Positions 52,136-63,188 are shown, numbered from the stretch's first letter. The stretch: 64,000 nucleotides of DNA from Octopus vulgaris (GCA_951406725.2 OX597835.1:28458001-28522000), one strand, 5' to 3'. Translations and numbers: made by a program. Notes: generated by a model not told the origin, from the letters alone.

Positions 52136-52473
52136 GTTAAGGCAATGAAAATTGTTAGCACGCTGGGCAAAATGCTCAGCAGTATTTCATCTGTCTTTAC
52201 GTTCTTAGTTCAAATTCCACTGAGGTCGACTTTGCCTTTCATCCTTTTGGGAGCCGATAAATTTAGTACCAGTGAAACACTGGTGGGGTTCGATGTAATC
52301 GACTAGTCCCATCCCATAATATGGCTGCCCTTGTGGCAAAATTTGAAACCACCATCATCATTATTATTATTATTATTATTAACAACTTAAATTTTATTTC
52401 AATTGTAGATAAAGGAACTTGTTTCCTGCAGAAATTGCTGCTCGTTGTACCGGAAGAGAAGAAACTCCTGTAA
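11244..52473 (+). CDS. SLC7A5/SLC7A8-like: SLC7 heteromeric amino-acid transporter light chain (LAT1/LAT2/y+LAT-like), 11 coding exons, 488 aa: join(11244..11721,26855..26980,29471..29570,34393..34437,37498..37621,40351..40454,43443..43539,45940..46089,48389..48473,50961..51053,52409..52473)
   Basis: All junctions are GT-AG with consistent phases; exon sum is 1467 nt (488 aa + TAA). Family motifs: [77 protein letters not shown]. In-frame TAA at 11211 lies upstream of ATG in a CAAAATG context. Exact orthologue cannot be resolved by eye. Confidence 0.95.
13045..13290 (+). mobile_element. Family B tRNA-derived SINE (CTTGAGCAAxACACTTCATTTCACGTTGCTCCAGTCCACTCAGCTG central domain)
   Basis: Pol III boxes; similar copies at 19740, 31330 and 52950. 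Confidence 0.8.
15541..16034. repeat. Near-perfect long inverted repeat (arms 15541-15758 and 15808-16034, 49-nt spacer)
   Basis: Arms are reverse complements apart from a few small indels; flanked by (TA)n tracts. Confidence 0.95.
17438..17890. repeat. (ACC/CAC)-rich cryptic minisatellite
   Basis: Recurrent ACCACCAACACCAGACCC units; open in several frames. Confidence 0.9.
18093..19725. mobile_element. Cluster of family C SINEs: two on - (18093-18530) and about five head-to-tail on + (18714-19725)
   Basis: Repeated AGCTGGCAGAAT...GAGTTCAAATTC...GCCTTTCATCCTTT...GGCCTTGTGCC units joined by (ATT)n; further arrays at 35555-35930, 51663-52350 and 57326-57840. Confidence 0.85.
20357..20584. mobile_element. 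228-bp fold-back (palindromic) element
   Basis: Terminal 33 bp perfectly complementary; pairing continues imperfectly to a 6-nt central loop; one-arm relative at about 61745-61858. Confidence 0.8.
20822..21220 (+). mobile_element. Family A SINE, near full length
   Basis: Head GGCGCAGGAGTGGCTGTGTGG through CCAGCATGGCCGCAGTCAAAT. Confidence 0.85.
21309..22526 (-). mobile_element. Internally deleted maT/Tc1-like DNA transposon with TIRs
   Basis: About 28-bp imperfect TIRs (CAAGGTGGGTGAAAAGTAAGTAGGCATGA / TCATACCTAGTTACTTTCCACCCACCCT) after a TA; minus-strand remnants [13 protein letters not shown] (SPDLTPCDF-like) and [10 protein letters not shown]...GSVNDARRS. Confidence 0.75.
26236..26683. 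mobile_element. piggyBac-like MITE with nested family D element
   Basis: TTAA at both ends; perfect 12-bp TIR CCCTTTCATTAC/GTAATGAAAGGG; relatives at 42735-42964, 42988-43279 and about 60748-60973. Confidence 0.8.
26855..26980 (+). CDS. SLC7 coding exon 2 (126 nt, [20 protein letters not shown]...QLAR)
   Basis: Acceptor ttttcAG; donor G|GTAGGC; phase 1-1. Confidence 0.95.
28923..29312 (+). mobile_element. Family A SINE, full length
   Basis: Complete head, internal microsatellite and GAAACAAGTAAAAGAG end. Confidence 0.88.
29471..29570 (+). CDS. SLC7 coding exon 3 (100 nt, [12 protein letters not shown]...GLFAYNGW)
   Basis: Acceptor ttacaAG; donor TG|GTAAGT. Confidence 0.93.
30588..30830 (-). 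mobile_element. 3' terminal fragment of a maT/Tc1-like transposon
   Basis: TA+CAGGGTGTCCCAAAA terminus; minus strand reads [17 protein letters not shown], a transposase-type C-terminus. Confidence 0.55.
32211..32940 (+). mobile_element. Decayed Penelope-like element 3' ORF (linker, Cys motif, GIY-YIG endonuclease)
   Basis: ...IKVVERPG...CIVC...[13 protein letters not shown]...TYVGET...EH...SVLYQH...RQITEA..I...PSLNRKLEW; in-frame stops. Confidence 0.85.
34393..34437 (+). CDS. SLC7 coding exon 4, 45-nt mini-exon ([15 protein letters not shown])
   Basis: Long poly-T acceptor ...ttcAG; donor AA|GTAAGA; completes the GWNYLNF motif; absent from the ORF track. Confidence 0.95.
37498..37621 (+). 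CDS. SLC7 coding exon 5 (124 nt, [10 protein letters not shown]...AAVAV)
   Basis: Acceptor ttgcAG; donor GTG|GTAAGT. Confidence 0.95.
37648..37862 (+). mobile_element. Mariner-derived MITE just after exon 5
   Basis: Imperfect TIRs (CTGAAAAGTTCCTGGC / GTCAGGAACTTTCCAGC) around a [10 protein letters not shown] remnant. Confidence 0.55.
37873..38406 (-). mobile_element. Mariner (DD34D, SETMAR-like) transposase 3' half, pseudogenised
   Basis: [17 protein letters not shown]...QQDNA*...[19 protein letters not shown]...[15 protein letters not shown]. Confidence 0.9.
39717..40126. mobile_element. Non-autonomous DNA transposon (Merlin-like) with about 28-bp TIRs, 8-bp TSD and internal TTAGGG repeats
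   Basis: TIRs GcATCTTTTCAGTTTGAACGGCAGTTTT / AAAACTGCCGTTCAAACCGAAAGGATCC; exact TSD CTAATTTC at 39709-39716 and 40127-40134; partial copy at 45530-45849. Confidence 0.8.
40351..40454 (+). CDS. SLC7 coding exon 6 (104 nt, [34 protein letters not shown])
   Basis: Acceptor ttccAG; donor AG|GTGAGT; STFGGVNG motif. Confidence 0.95.
41738..42268 (-). mobile_element. RTE-clade LINE apurinic endonuclease fragment
   Basis: IISAYA...GDFNGHV...[12 protein letters not shown]...NTNFRK...SQIDFIL...QHRLV; unbroken frame. Confidence 0.9.
43443..43539 (+). CDS. SLC7 coding exon 7 (97 nt, [12 protein letters not shown]...TPMPAVLFM)
   Basis: Acceptor ttccAG; donor ATG|GTTAGT. Confidence 0.93.
45940..46089 (+). 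CDS. SLC7 coding exon 8 (150 nt, GLLSLFYL...[10 protein letters not shown]...RPELPRPIK)
   Basis: Acceptor ccccAG; donor AAG|GTTAGT. Confidence 0.93.
47059..47446 (+). mobile_element. 3' end of R4/Dong-like retrotransposon (RLE domain) within (TAA)n
   Basis: [17 protein letters not shown]/..[11 protein letters not shown]/..[19 protein letters not shown] with frameshifts; (AAT/AAC)n upstream and (AAT)n downstream. Confidence 0.85.
47465..48030 (+). mobile_element. Family F repeat, uninterrupted copy
   Basis: Matches the reverse complement of 710-1620; (AAT)n on both sides. Confidence 0.8.
48389..48473 (+). CDS. SLC7 coding exon 9 (85 nt, VALIWPIIY...AKPVET)
   Basis: Acceptor ttctAG; donor G|GTAAGT. 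Confidence 0.92.
48822..49213 (-). mobile_element. 5'-truncated RTE LINE: intact 117-aa C-terminus with C2H2-type finger and short 3' UTR
   Basis: 49213..48860 reads [26 protein letters not shown]...[12 protein letters not shown]...[22 protein letters not shown]...*; no disablements; inserted in the (TA)n of a family A SINE. Confidence 0.92.
50318..50815. repeat. 42-bp minisatellite, about 12 copies
   Basis: Unit GAGGCCCAGCACTTGAAAGGAACTCAGCCAATTTGCCTCCAT; gives 14-aa periodic ORFs. Confidence 0.95.
50961..51053 (+). CDS. SLC7 coding exon 10 (93 nt, [30 protein letters not shown])
   Basis: Acceptor ttccAG; donor G|GTATTG; TM12 SGIPVY motif. Confidence 0.92.
52409..52473 (+). CDS. SLC7 last coding exon ([21 protein letters not shown])
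   Basis: Acceptor ttgtAG; QKLxxVVP C-terminal motif of LAT light chains; TAA at 52471-52473. Confidence 0.9.
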
Positions 52474-52494
52474 TAAAGATACACATTTAAAACT

Positions 52495-52525
<31 letters not shown>

Positions 52526-52593
52526 TTTATATTATTATTATTAATATTATTATTTTTTTTCAAACCCTGAAGACAAAGTCTTATGATTAATAC

Positions 52594-52599
52594 AATAAA
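52594..52599 (+). promoter_or_regulatory. Candidate polyadenylation signal AATAAA (another overlaps the stop codon at 52472-52477)
   Basis: Hexamer about 120 nt after the stop; the AT-rich context makes it weak evidence. Confidence 0.3.
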
Positions 52600-53394
52600 A
52601 ACAACAAACAATAACACTGGGCAACAAATTTCAATTTTTTCTCCCCATTCCAGGCATAGGAACGGTCATTTCTTATCAAATTGATTATGATGAATTCAAA
52701 CCTGATTGACCAAATTTCCTTATCATGTCCAAGTAACAAAAGACCCCTTATTTCCGCACCCCAGTTCCTATGGCATAAACCGACTGTGTTACATTTCTGT
52801 ACCATGATTTTATATTAGACTTGCTTAACCCTTTTGATAACCAACCTCCCATGGTTCTCCAGTAGAAATTTTCTGTTTAAAAATTATCTAAATTAAAATT
52901 CACCATTAAGATTTCCATGTTAATTTGTGTTCCATATTCCACCTTAATGTGAAGGTGCCTGACTCAGTGATTAAAGTGTCTGGCTGACAATCATAAGGTA
53001 GTGAGTTCAATTCTTTGATTGGGCTGTGTGTTGAGCAAGACACTTCATTTCATGTTGTTCTAGTTCACTCAGCTGTAGAAATGAGTTGCGTTGCCACTGG
53101 TGCCAAGCTGTCCCTTTGCCTTTCCCTTGGAGAGGGAAGGCTGATATGCATGGGTGACCGCTAGTCTTCCATAAACAACCTTGCCTGGACTTTTGCCTCA
53201 GAGGGAAACTTTCTAGGTGCAATCCCATGGTCATTCATAACCAGTGAGGGTCTTAACCAAACCATTATACCAGGTTAATGGCAACAGCTATTTTATTAAA
53301 TATGTCACTATTTTCAAAATTAATTGTAAAAATGGCCCTATTTTTCTGATGAAATATGGCAATAAAATACTTAAATAATGGTAATAGAATAAAT

Positions 53395-53810
53395 AGGCGT
53401 AGGAGTGGCTCTGTGGTAAGTAGCTTGCTTACAAACCACATGGTTCCGGGTTCAGTCCCACTGCGTGGCACCTTGGGCAAGTGTCTTCTACTATAGCCTC
53501 GGGCCGACCAAAACCTTGTGAGTGGATTTGGTAGACGGAAACTGAAAGAAGCCCATCGTATATATGTATATATATATATATGCGTGTGTGTGTTTGTGTG
53601 AGTGTGTTTGTCCCCCCCACCCAACATCGCTTGACAACCGATGCTGGTGTGTTTATGTCCCCATAACTTAGCGGTTCGGCAAAAGAGACCGATAGAATAA
53701 GTACTAGGCTTCCAAAGATTAAGTCCTGGGGTCGATTTGCTCGACTAAATGCGGTGCTCCAGCATGGCCACAGTCACATGACTGAAACAAGTAAAAGAGA
53801 GAAAAGAGAG
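53395..53810 (+). mobile_element. Family A SINE, full length
   Basis: Same structure as the 28923 copy. Confidence 0.88.
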
Positions 53811-54213
53811 AATGATATTGCAGATATTTAAGGTGTCTTAATGGCATTGTACATTGCAGTACAAGAACTTTGCTCTCCTTATTACTTAAATTGGTGTAAA
53901 TTTTCCCATTCTTTGGGATCAGAACTACAGCTAATCTTTTACATCAGGCAACTAATAATATCACAACAAAAATCAATGGTTTTTCTCCTGTAAAATGAGG
54001 AATACTGCCTATGAAAATGGCAAAGAAAAAGTATGAAACATTATGGTGTTTAGCCAAAAAAGATTCCATTCTTGAAGTTTGGAATCAGACAACATTGCAT
54101 TTTCTTGTATTAATTCCTCTCCAAAATTCCTATTTAGAAAACCCATTTAACTGTTATTTGGATTAACAAATCTGGCACCACTGGATTATCTCCTTTGTTT
54201 CTAAAGCGTTTAG

Positions 54214-54632
54214 ATTAACTCTTTAGCATTCAGATTACTCTGTGAAATGTAATTCTTATTTACTCACATTGTCTTGAATTAATCAAGCATTATCTCATAT
54301 CTTTGAGATTTCGATGGTGTGATTGCTTTTTGGCACGTAAAAAGCACCATCCGATCGTGGCCGTTTGCCAGCCTCGTCTGGCACCTGTGCTGGTGGCACG
54401 TAAAAAGCACCCACTACACTCATGGAGTGCTTGGCGTTAGGAAGGGCATCCAGCTGTAGAAACATTGCCAGATCAGATTAGAGTCTGGTGCAGCCTTCGG
54501 GCTTCCCAGACCCCAGTTGAACTGTCCAACCCATGCCAGCATGGAAAGCGGACGCTAAATGATGATGATGATGAGATCTGGCAGGAAGAATATTTGGGCT
54601 GGATTTGGCAAATTTGAATACTAATGGGTTAA
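54214..54632. mobile_element. Second TTAA-bounded MITE family with nested family D element
   Basis: TTAACTCTTTAGCATTCA ... TGAATACTAATGGGTTAA; related pieces at 46120-46870, 28255-28800 and 42560-42695. Confidence 0.6.
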
Positions 54633-55399
54633 AAGAACAGTTGGTGGATACCAATAGTGGGACTTGCTTCATTTGTACTGGTTTTAAAGTTGCTTGGCGA
54701 GTTGACCTTCGATTTATTTATTTTTCAATCTTTTATTTGTGACGCCAGGTACATTAGTCATCCAAAAATAACAACTTGTCATAAGTGATTTGTGGGTTGT
54801 CACCAAGTCAAGGAATGGTTCTGTTACCATTCAGCCAAGCTATTAACATTGCTTTGTACCATGTAGAGCAAATATATGGCTCTCAGTCCTTCTTCCTCTC
54901 TTGGTCACTGAACTTACACTCAAAACGGTACACAGTACTTATCTGCAAGTTTCATCTTCTGCGGTCACTATGTTTTTGTTTTGTTTTTTCACCATAAATG
55001 GGCGTTCATTATCTGCAATCAAAGTCATTCTTACAAGCAAGTTTGATCTTTGATGCAGTCACACTGGTTTACTATTATTATAATTATTATTATTATTATT
55101 ATTATTATTATGATCAATTTAACCCCTCCCCACCAAATTTCTGGCCTTGTCCCAAAATTTGAAACGCTTGGATAAAAATGATTAAAATTTTACTTTCTTA
55201 AAATCTGGATGTGATAGGAAAAATTTCATAAACTGGTTTGATATTAGCATATCAAAATTACCAAGAAAATTTATTTTTTTTTTTGCCCAGTGCTATTGTC
55301 AAACATAATAGAACGACGAAGAAAATCTGCAATTAACTCATTCATATTCGCACACATTGAAAGACATTCATTCGCCCACTTAAACCACATCACCTAACA

Positions 55400-56075
55400 A
55401 TTGCTAACACACACACACACTCGATAATGCATACACTAACATTGCTAAGACGCACCCACACGCATTCACTGTACCATTACTAAAACTCACATACATAGAC
55501 ACATACGCACACACTCACACATTCACCACACCCTTGCTTACATATACTCATTCACACCATTTCTAAGACACACACACATTCACTATACCAACTCACACAC
55601 ACACACACACATTCACTATACCAACTCATACACACACACACATTCACTATACCAACTCATATGCACACACACACACATTCACTATACCAACTCACATGCA
55701 CACACACACACACACATTCACTATACCAACTTGCATACACGCACACACATTCACTATACCTACTCATATACACACACACACACACCGACCACAATATTAC
55801 TAGAGCACACACACTCACATTCACCACACCCTTGCTTACATATACACATTCATACCATTTCTAAGATACACACACACACACACACATTCGCTACACCATT
55901 GCTAAAACTCACACACGCACACACACACACAGAGACATGCACGCACACACATCCACCACACCATTGCTTACATGCACACCCACTCAGAGTACACCATTGC
56001 TAAAATACACAAACACACATTCACTACACAAACATCGAATGCACTAATGCTAAAATGCACACACACACACACCAA
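55400..56075. repeat. (CA)n-rich cryptic minisatellite (CACACATTCACTATACCAACTCA units)
   Basis: At least five similar units at 55570-55770. Confidence 0.85.
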
Positions 56076-56175
56076 ACCCAAAATACTAAAATTTATCTTT
56101 CATGCATTTCGCTTTTAAGAAAATGTTGTCGTTCCATTTGTTTCCCATTGCTGTGATGTGGTAGAATTCGAACCT

Positions 56176-56206
<31 letters not shown>

Positions 56207-56486
56207 TTCTCACTTCCGTAGTGCCTTCTTTAAATCTCTTTTTGTCTGCTGCTAGTTCTTCTACTTTGCCAACCAGTTTCCACAGTGTCTGTTGTAGTTT
56301 GCTTTGCCATGCTAGAAATAGCAACCAAACCCAAACTCCTTCAAATCTCTCCTCGTATGACTGTTTTGAAAAAAAATGACAAAAAAAAAAGGAAAAGAGA
56401 AAAATTGAATGAAGAACATCTTAGACATTTTAGTCCTAGATATATATATATGTGTATGTGTATATATATATATATATATGTAAATA

Positions 56487-56540
<54 letters not shown>

Positions 56541-58951
56541 GTATTTACATATATATATATATATATATATATACATACATACACACATAAGCAGATGAGA
56601 AAGTCATGGTTAGAATGACTTTGGATCAAGTTTGCCCAGTGAGAGCTGACCTGGGGTTAAATAACAACAAGCAAACACACATACAACTTCTGGAGCTTGT
56701 GATGGAAGCTCACACATGGTCATCCGACTTGCTAGAAATAGCAACTAGACCAAAATCTCTTTCAAATCACACTCCACCTTATCTTGTAACAAAGAAACAA
56801 AACAAAAAATAAAAGGATGGTTAACACATTGGGTCCTGTAGTCCAAGATACACATATACACTATGTCTGGGGGTTGGAAGAAAACGAAGGGATTGTTTTT
56901 TAAGGTTAAAGTTTTTTTTTTTTTCTTGAGTTTGATCATTGGTCTGCTTGGTGTGAGGCCTGTCCTAGGGTTAAACAAGAAAAACAACACCCAAATTTAT
57001 GCACCAAATTAGTGTTGTTTTGAATATTTTTTATATTATTTTTACACTGCTTTAGTTATTTTTAAAAAATTTGGTTGAAAGTTTTTCTCAGTTTCAAGAA
57101 TATTGAAATGTGGGTAGTTATAAAAAGAAAAAGAGAAAAAAAGTGGAAAAGAAAAATTAAATAAGAGCTTAAAAATGAATTTTTTTTTGTCAAAAAATAG
57201 GACAAAACATAAAAAATTAAATTATATATTTTCTTCAAACATTTCAGAATGTCCAGACCTCATTTCATTTGACAGCTGAAACAGTTTTTATCCATCTCTT
57301 CTCCCTTAATATTTGCATTTAAAAAGGCAGGCAAGCTAGCTGAATCATTAGCATCCCAGTGGCATTTTGTCCATCTTACATTCTGGGTTCAAATTCTACC
57401 AAAGTCGACTTTGCCTTTCATCTTTTCAGGGTCAATGAATTAAGTACCAGTTGCATACTGGGGTCGATCTAATTGACTGGCCCCCTCCCTGAAAATTTCA
57501 GGCCTTGTGCCTAGAATAGAAAAGAATAAAATCTAGTTGAGCACAGGGGTTTGTGTAATCAACTTAGCCCCTCTCCTGAAATTGCTGGCCTTGTGCTAAA
57601 ATTTAGAAACCAATATATATTCATAAGGTGGTGAGCTGGCGGAATCGTTAGCATGCCAGGTATAATGCTTAGTGGCATTTTATCGATCTTTACATTCTGT
57701 GTTCAAATTCCACTGAGGTTGACTTTTGCCTTTCATCCTTTCAGGGTTGATAAACCAAGTACCAGTTGAGTACTGGGGTCAATGTAATCGTCTTACCCCT
57801 TCCCCTAAAATTGCTGGCCTTGTGCCGAAATTTGAAATCAATATATTCATTGACAAAGGGGCAGGGTGACGGTAGTACGTTTAGTTACTCTTCATCAGGT
57901 TCTGTGTTCAAATCCTACCACAGTCATCGTTATGTTTCTGTAATTCTTAAGGAAATTAATAAATTGAAGGACCAGCCAAGTACTTGATTGGTTGACTAAC
58001 TATTTCTTCATCCTTTCCACTCTACCTAAAAATAAAAATAGAAAATAAAAGCTGTGGCCCTGTGCTTATAGGTGCAGGCACGGCTGTGCGGTTAAGAAGC
58101 TTGTTTTGGAACCATGTGGCTTCAGGTTCAGTTCCATTGTGTGGCACTTTTGGGCAAGCGTCTTCTACTATAGCCCTTGCTAACCAATACTAAATCGAAT
58201 TTTTCCCTGTAAGTTTGGAGCTATACTCTCTAATATTATTATTATTATTTTATATATATATATATATATATAGTTGCAAAGCAAACTTCTTGCTCACCAC
58301 TCAGTAGCCAACCTTGTATTGAATATAAATTTCTAGCATGAGCACAAGGCCATGAATTTGAAAGGTGGTCAGTTAAGTTAGATATCAAATACTTGTTTAA
58401 TTTCAGCTGTAAATATTTCAAAAAAAGGAAAAAGAAAAATTTCCGTCATTCGTTCTGAAAAATTAGAAGTTTTAATTAAATGTAAAACGCCTTGGGATGC
58501 TTCTAATGCTATGCTGTTTAGGGTGGAAGAAATGGAACAAAATTGAAAGTTTTGTAAAACTCAGATATACTTGTATGTTTGAAGAACAATGTTCATTTGC
58601 CTGCATGCAATTAGAAGTAATTATTCGTTAATACAGAATTATTGTTATTTGAATAATATACTTGCATGCACACACACATATGTATATATGTGTGTGTGTG
58701 TGTATTTGTGTATATATATATATATATGCATCCATATATGTATATATATATGTCATTGGAAGTAGTGTGTCATCTCTTTGCTCTGTGTGTCAGATATGTG
58801 TAGTATGATACCTTCACCATCTCTGTTTTGTTGAAACGCTGACAAATCATATAATTTGTTGAACACTGACTGGAAACATATGTTGTAAATTTGTCTACAT
58901 ATGAATTGTGTGTTTGTGTACATGTGTGTATACATACATATATATGTGTGC

Positions 58952-59000
<49 letters not shown>

Positions 59001-59011
59001 CATACAGACAT

Positions 59012-59052
<41 letters not shown>

Positions 59053-59627
59053 CATAGCTGCATTGTTAACAAGTACACAGCATTAATCAACACATCTTTC
59101 TTTCCAGGGCCCCATGAAAGTAAAAATATTTACCTTGTCAAAAAACGAGCAGAATTTTTAGTACCTTGTGGTGTTTGTTTCAACCCTCTGCCAAGAGTTC
59201 AAATCCCACTATAGTCAACTTTTCCTTTCATCCTTTTGGAGTTGATAAGTTAAATAGCTGACTAAGGTGGTAGGTTGTTGGCACTGTTAGAAGGGTCAGG
59301 AAAGGTATCTTGTGGCGTCTGTCCAGTTGGTGACTCCTTGCAATGACATGGGTGTCCAGCTGTGTCAATCTGAGTTGGTGACCTTCCCCTTGGTTTAACA
59401 CTAGTGGCATGGAAAGGAATGACTTGTGTGTATGTGCAACTGTTAGTCTTCTTCATAAGCAAAATTTTCTTAGGTCTGTGCATACATTTTCTGAGGCAGG
59501 GTCTGTCTTGGTTGATTGAGGGTTCCTTATATCACAAACCAGTTGGGATTTTTTCAACACAAAAAGTGTTTTTCCTAATAAAGGAATAACAGGGGTTTGC
59601 AGAGTACTTGTGATATATACTACAAAG

Positions 59628-60244
59628 CAGTGGTCCCCAATTTTTTTTTTTGGACCACTGGCTGGTTTCAAGCTGAACAATTTTCTCACAGACCGGTCAT
59701 GGTTTCAATCTGGACAATTTTCTCACTGATCGGTCATGGTTTTAAGCTGGACAGTTTTCTCACAGACCGGTCATGGTCTCAAGCTGGACAATTCTTTCAC
59801 AGACCAGTCATGTGTATAAAGAAACTGAGATATCCATTGGCATCACCCCTCTTTGTCGAAATAAAGTGTTAGACACTTATGGTATGCAAATTAGTTACTC
59901 CACTTCTCTGAAGTTATTGTATTTGTTGAGTTTATAAAGAGACTGACTGCGTGTTTCTCTGTGATTAGTCAAATGATGTTGACACTGATGAGACCCCAAT
60001 AATGCTCGAAAATTAAGGCTATTCATAATTTTTTCCTAAGTATGGAGAAAAGGCTAAATGTGCCCAGTTTATGTATCTATGACACAGGTTACATAGCATA
60101 TAGCTTACTTATTACATATATATGATGCAAATATAATTATCGCACTGCTCATTATGTGCTTTATAACTAGTCAATAAAATTTTAAAATTTATTCTTTCTG
60201 TGCTGCCCAGTATTGGTCTGTGACCTGGTGGCCAGGGACTCCTG
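59628..60244. mobile_element. hAT/Charlie-like non-autonomous element
   Basis: Termini CAGTGGTCCCC / GGGACTCCTG; degenerate 8-bp TSD CTACAAAG/CTATTAAG; four ~38-bp subterminal tandem repeats at 59660-59810. Confidence 0.65.
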
Positions 60245-61681
60245 CTATTAAGCATCAAGTATCAGTATTGAAGTTAAAAATCTGTTTCAAGCCTACCGGA
60301 CCATGAGGTTGAAGCTTAACCCTTAACCTGGTTTCTGTGACGTTTAATTGAATGGGAATACAAGGCTCTTCTCTGATTAAGAAGTCAGTCTGTCATAGAG
60401 TTGAAACGCCCCTCTTTTCACTCGTTGATGGTGCCCCCTTTTGGCGGGGGTGAAATGAAGTGCCTTGGTTCTTGAAATTTGATCCGCCAAATATTTTTTA
60501 GTTAATTTCTTAATTAGCATGATCAAAGCATGGCTATTAATTATTCAAGTGCAGAGATTTAGAACGATTAAGAATTTGAGGTCTTGAAGTGCAGATGTAG
60601 GTAGTTTCCTGGTTTTGGTAGAAGATGGATTAGATGCTGTAGTGTCAGACGTATTACAACATTGTGTTGATTCTACCAGGAACAATGGTTATAGATGATT
60701 TCTTGGTGTTATGCAGAACCATCATGTTTTGTATACGGCACTTGACGAAACCCTTTTGTTACTAAGCCGGCCAAAACCGGCTCTGGCTCTGTGGTAAAAT
60801 GTCCTGCTTTCATAAGTTTTGAATTAAAATATTCCACCAAACCTTAGTCACAATTTACGTTCCTAACACTAGTTTAATGATAACTAAGTTATTTTACTAA
60901 ATTCTTTGTTATATTTAAAATAATTGAAGGAAACACAGAACATCTCAAAATAAATACAGTAACGAAAGGGTTACCATTCCTTGCATTTTGCTATGATATA
61001 GTTATGCCATGCAACAACGAACATGTTGCACAGCAGAGAAATTGTGCCAAAAGAAGAAAAGCAGAAAATAAATTGCATTTAACTAGATACTTGTGGTTAT
61101 GTGATGCTGTGGCATTCATACTTAAAAATATTAGGTCTGTTTATCATATTTAAAGAAAAATTAAATCAAAATTTATACAACTTTGACTTTTCACCTGTGG
61201 AAAATCCTTTGCCTTTTTTTTAGCAAACAAGAAAAGCCACATGTGACAAGGTGAAGAACTTCACTTTCATGGAGCCCTAAAAAAAAAGAAAGAAATAATC
61301 AATTACATATTATCCATGGTTACCCACTATATTATCCATCTGTCTGTCTGTCTGTGTACATGTAGGTATTGCATATAAAAAATTAAAATATTTATGTGTG
61401 TGTGTGTAAATATACCTGATATTAAAATAGAAATTATTCTTGTATATATATGTATATGTATATATATACACTTTATGTGTGAGTTAACCAGATTACCGTT
61501 GGTTTCATGTAGGAAAATTTTATTGTGTTTTCATCCATGATGGAAATGAATGCCAACGCCCCATGCAATGAGTTTGAAAATTATTAAGAGATAGCTGTCT
61601 TGACATGAAACCAGTTAACTCACAAATGAAGAATATTCACCAATGTAGTTTCGAGCATTCATTCCCACTGTTCAATATTAA

Positions 61682-61721
<40 letters not shown>

Positions 61722-62666
61722 CACACACGCCTTTTTCATAGCGTTTTTCAGATGGCCAGATAACCGAAGAGATGGTGTTGTGGATTTCCACCTTGGCATC
61801 TGAAACTCAGAGTTTTATCTTGGCTATTGAATAATTGTCACATATTATTTTTCAGATATATATATATATATATAAGCACAAAACTGTCTCAAACCATTCT
61901 CTAGTTTTATGTTCCGATCTCCCTGTTTTAAGGTGACCTAAATTAAAACTTTCCATCTGAATTTCAATTTCTAAATTTGTGTTCCAAACACCAGCTTCTT
62001 CGTAATTTCCAAAATTAATTTAGAAACAAAGGCAGTGTAATTTCAACAGAAATTTAATAACAAAAATGGGTTATTAAACAGCTGGGTGGGGAGGTGGGGC
62101 GGAACAACAACAACACAAAACAAAATAAATTATTTCTCAGGAAGAAAGTAACTAAGGTGTTAACAAAGGTGAACTACAATCAGTCAAACATTAAAATAAA
62201 TAAGTCGATAAAACAGATGTGTGAGTGAAAGCAGGTGCCTTTTTGCAGCTTGTATTTGTAAGAAGTTTTCAAATTCATTTATGTTTGCTATCTGAGGGAT
62301 GACGGCTGGTCCCAATTTTGTTGAATATATAATATATAATGATGAATATGAATATGTATATATATATATACATACACATCATATATATATATATATATAT
62401 ATATACACATCATATATATACACACATAATATATATATATATATATATACACATCATATATATATATATGTAAACCTCTATTATTGGTTGATGAGTACTC
62501 AGCATCTTAAATCTGTTGTAATACTTACAACATTTAATGAAAGGATGTAGTACGAAACGATCGTACCAAATTACCGGAGTCATTCTTGTTGCTTATTTTG
62601 ATTATATATATATGTATATATACATCATATATATGTATATATATACATCATATAGATATATACATC

Positions 62667-62699
<33 letters not shown>

Positions 62700-63085
62700 C
62701 ACGCACATTATATATATATTTAATATCATGTGCGTGATAAGCTTATAGTGTGCTTTACAAAGCTCTTCCACGGGTATCAGCTATCCTATGTTACCTTACA
62801 GCAGGGATTCTCCTTTTACTGGATACACATGTGGAAATCCATTAATATCCACAGAATTCATTAAAAAAAAATTATTGTAATGATTTGGATTAAAGCCTAA
62901 CACTGCGTCATGCTGAACCTCCCCAAGAACTACGTTAAGGGTACATGTGTCTGTGGAGTGCTCAGCCACTTGCATGTTAATTTCACGGGCAGGCTGTTCC
63001 ATTAATTGGATCAACTGGAACCCTCGTCGGCATAACCAATGGAGTGCCATATATATGTATATATATATATATGTGTATATATATG

Positions 63086-63118
<33 letters not shown>

Positions 63119-63151
63119 GTATATGTATATATATATATACATATATGTATG

Positions 63152-63188
<37 letters not shown>

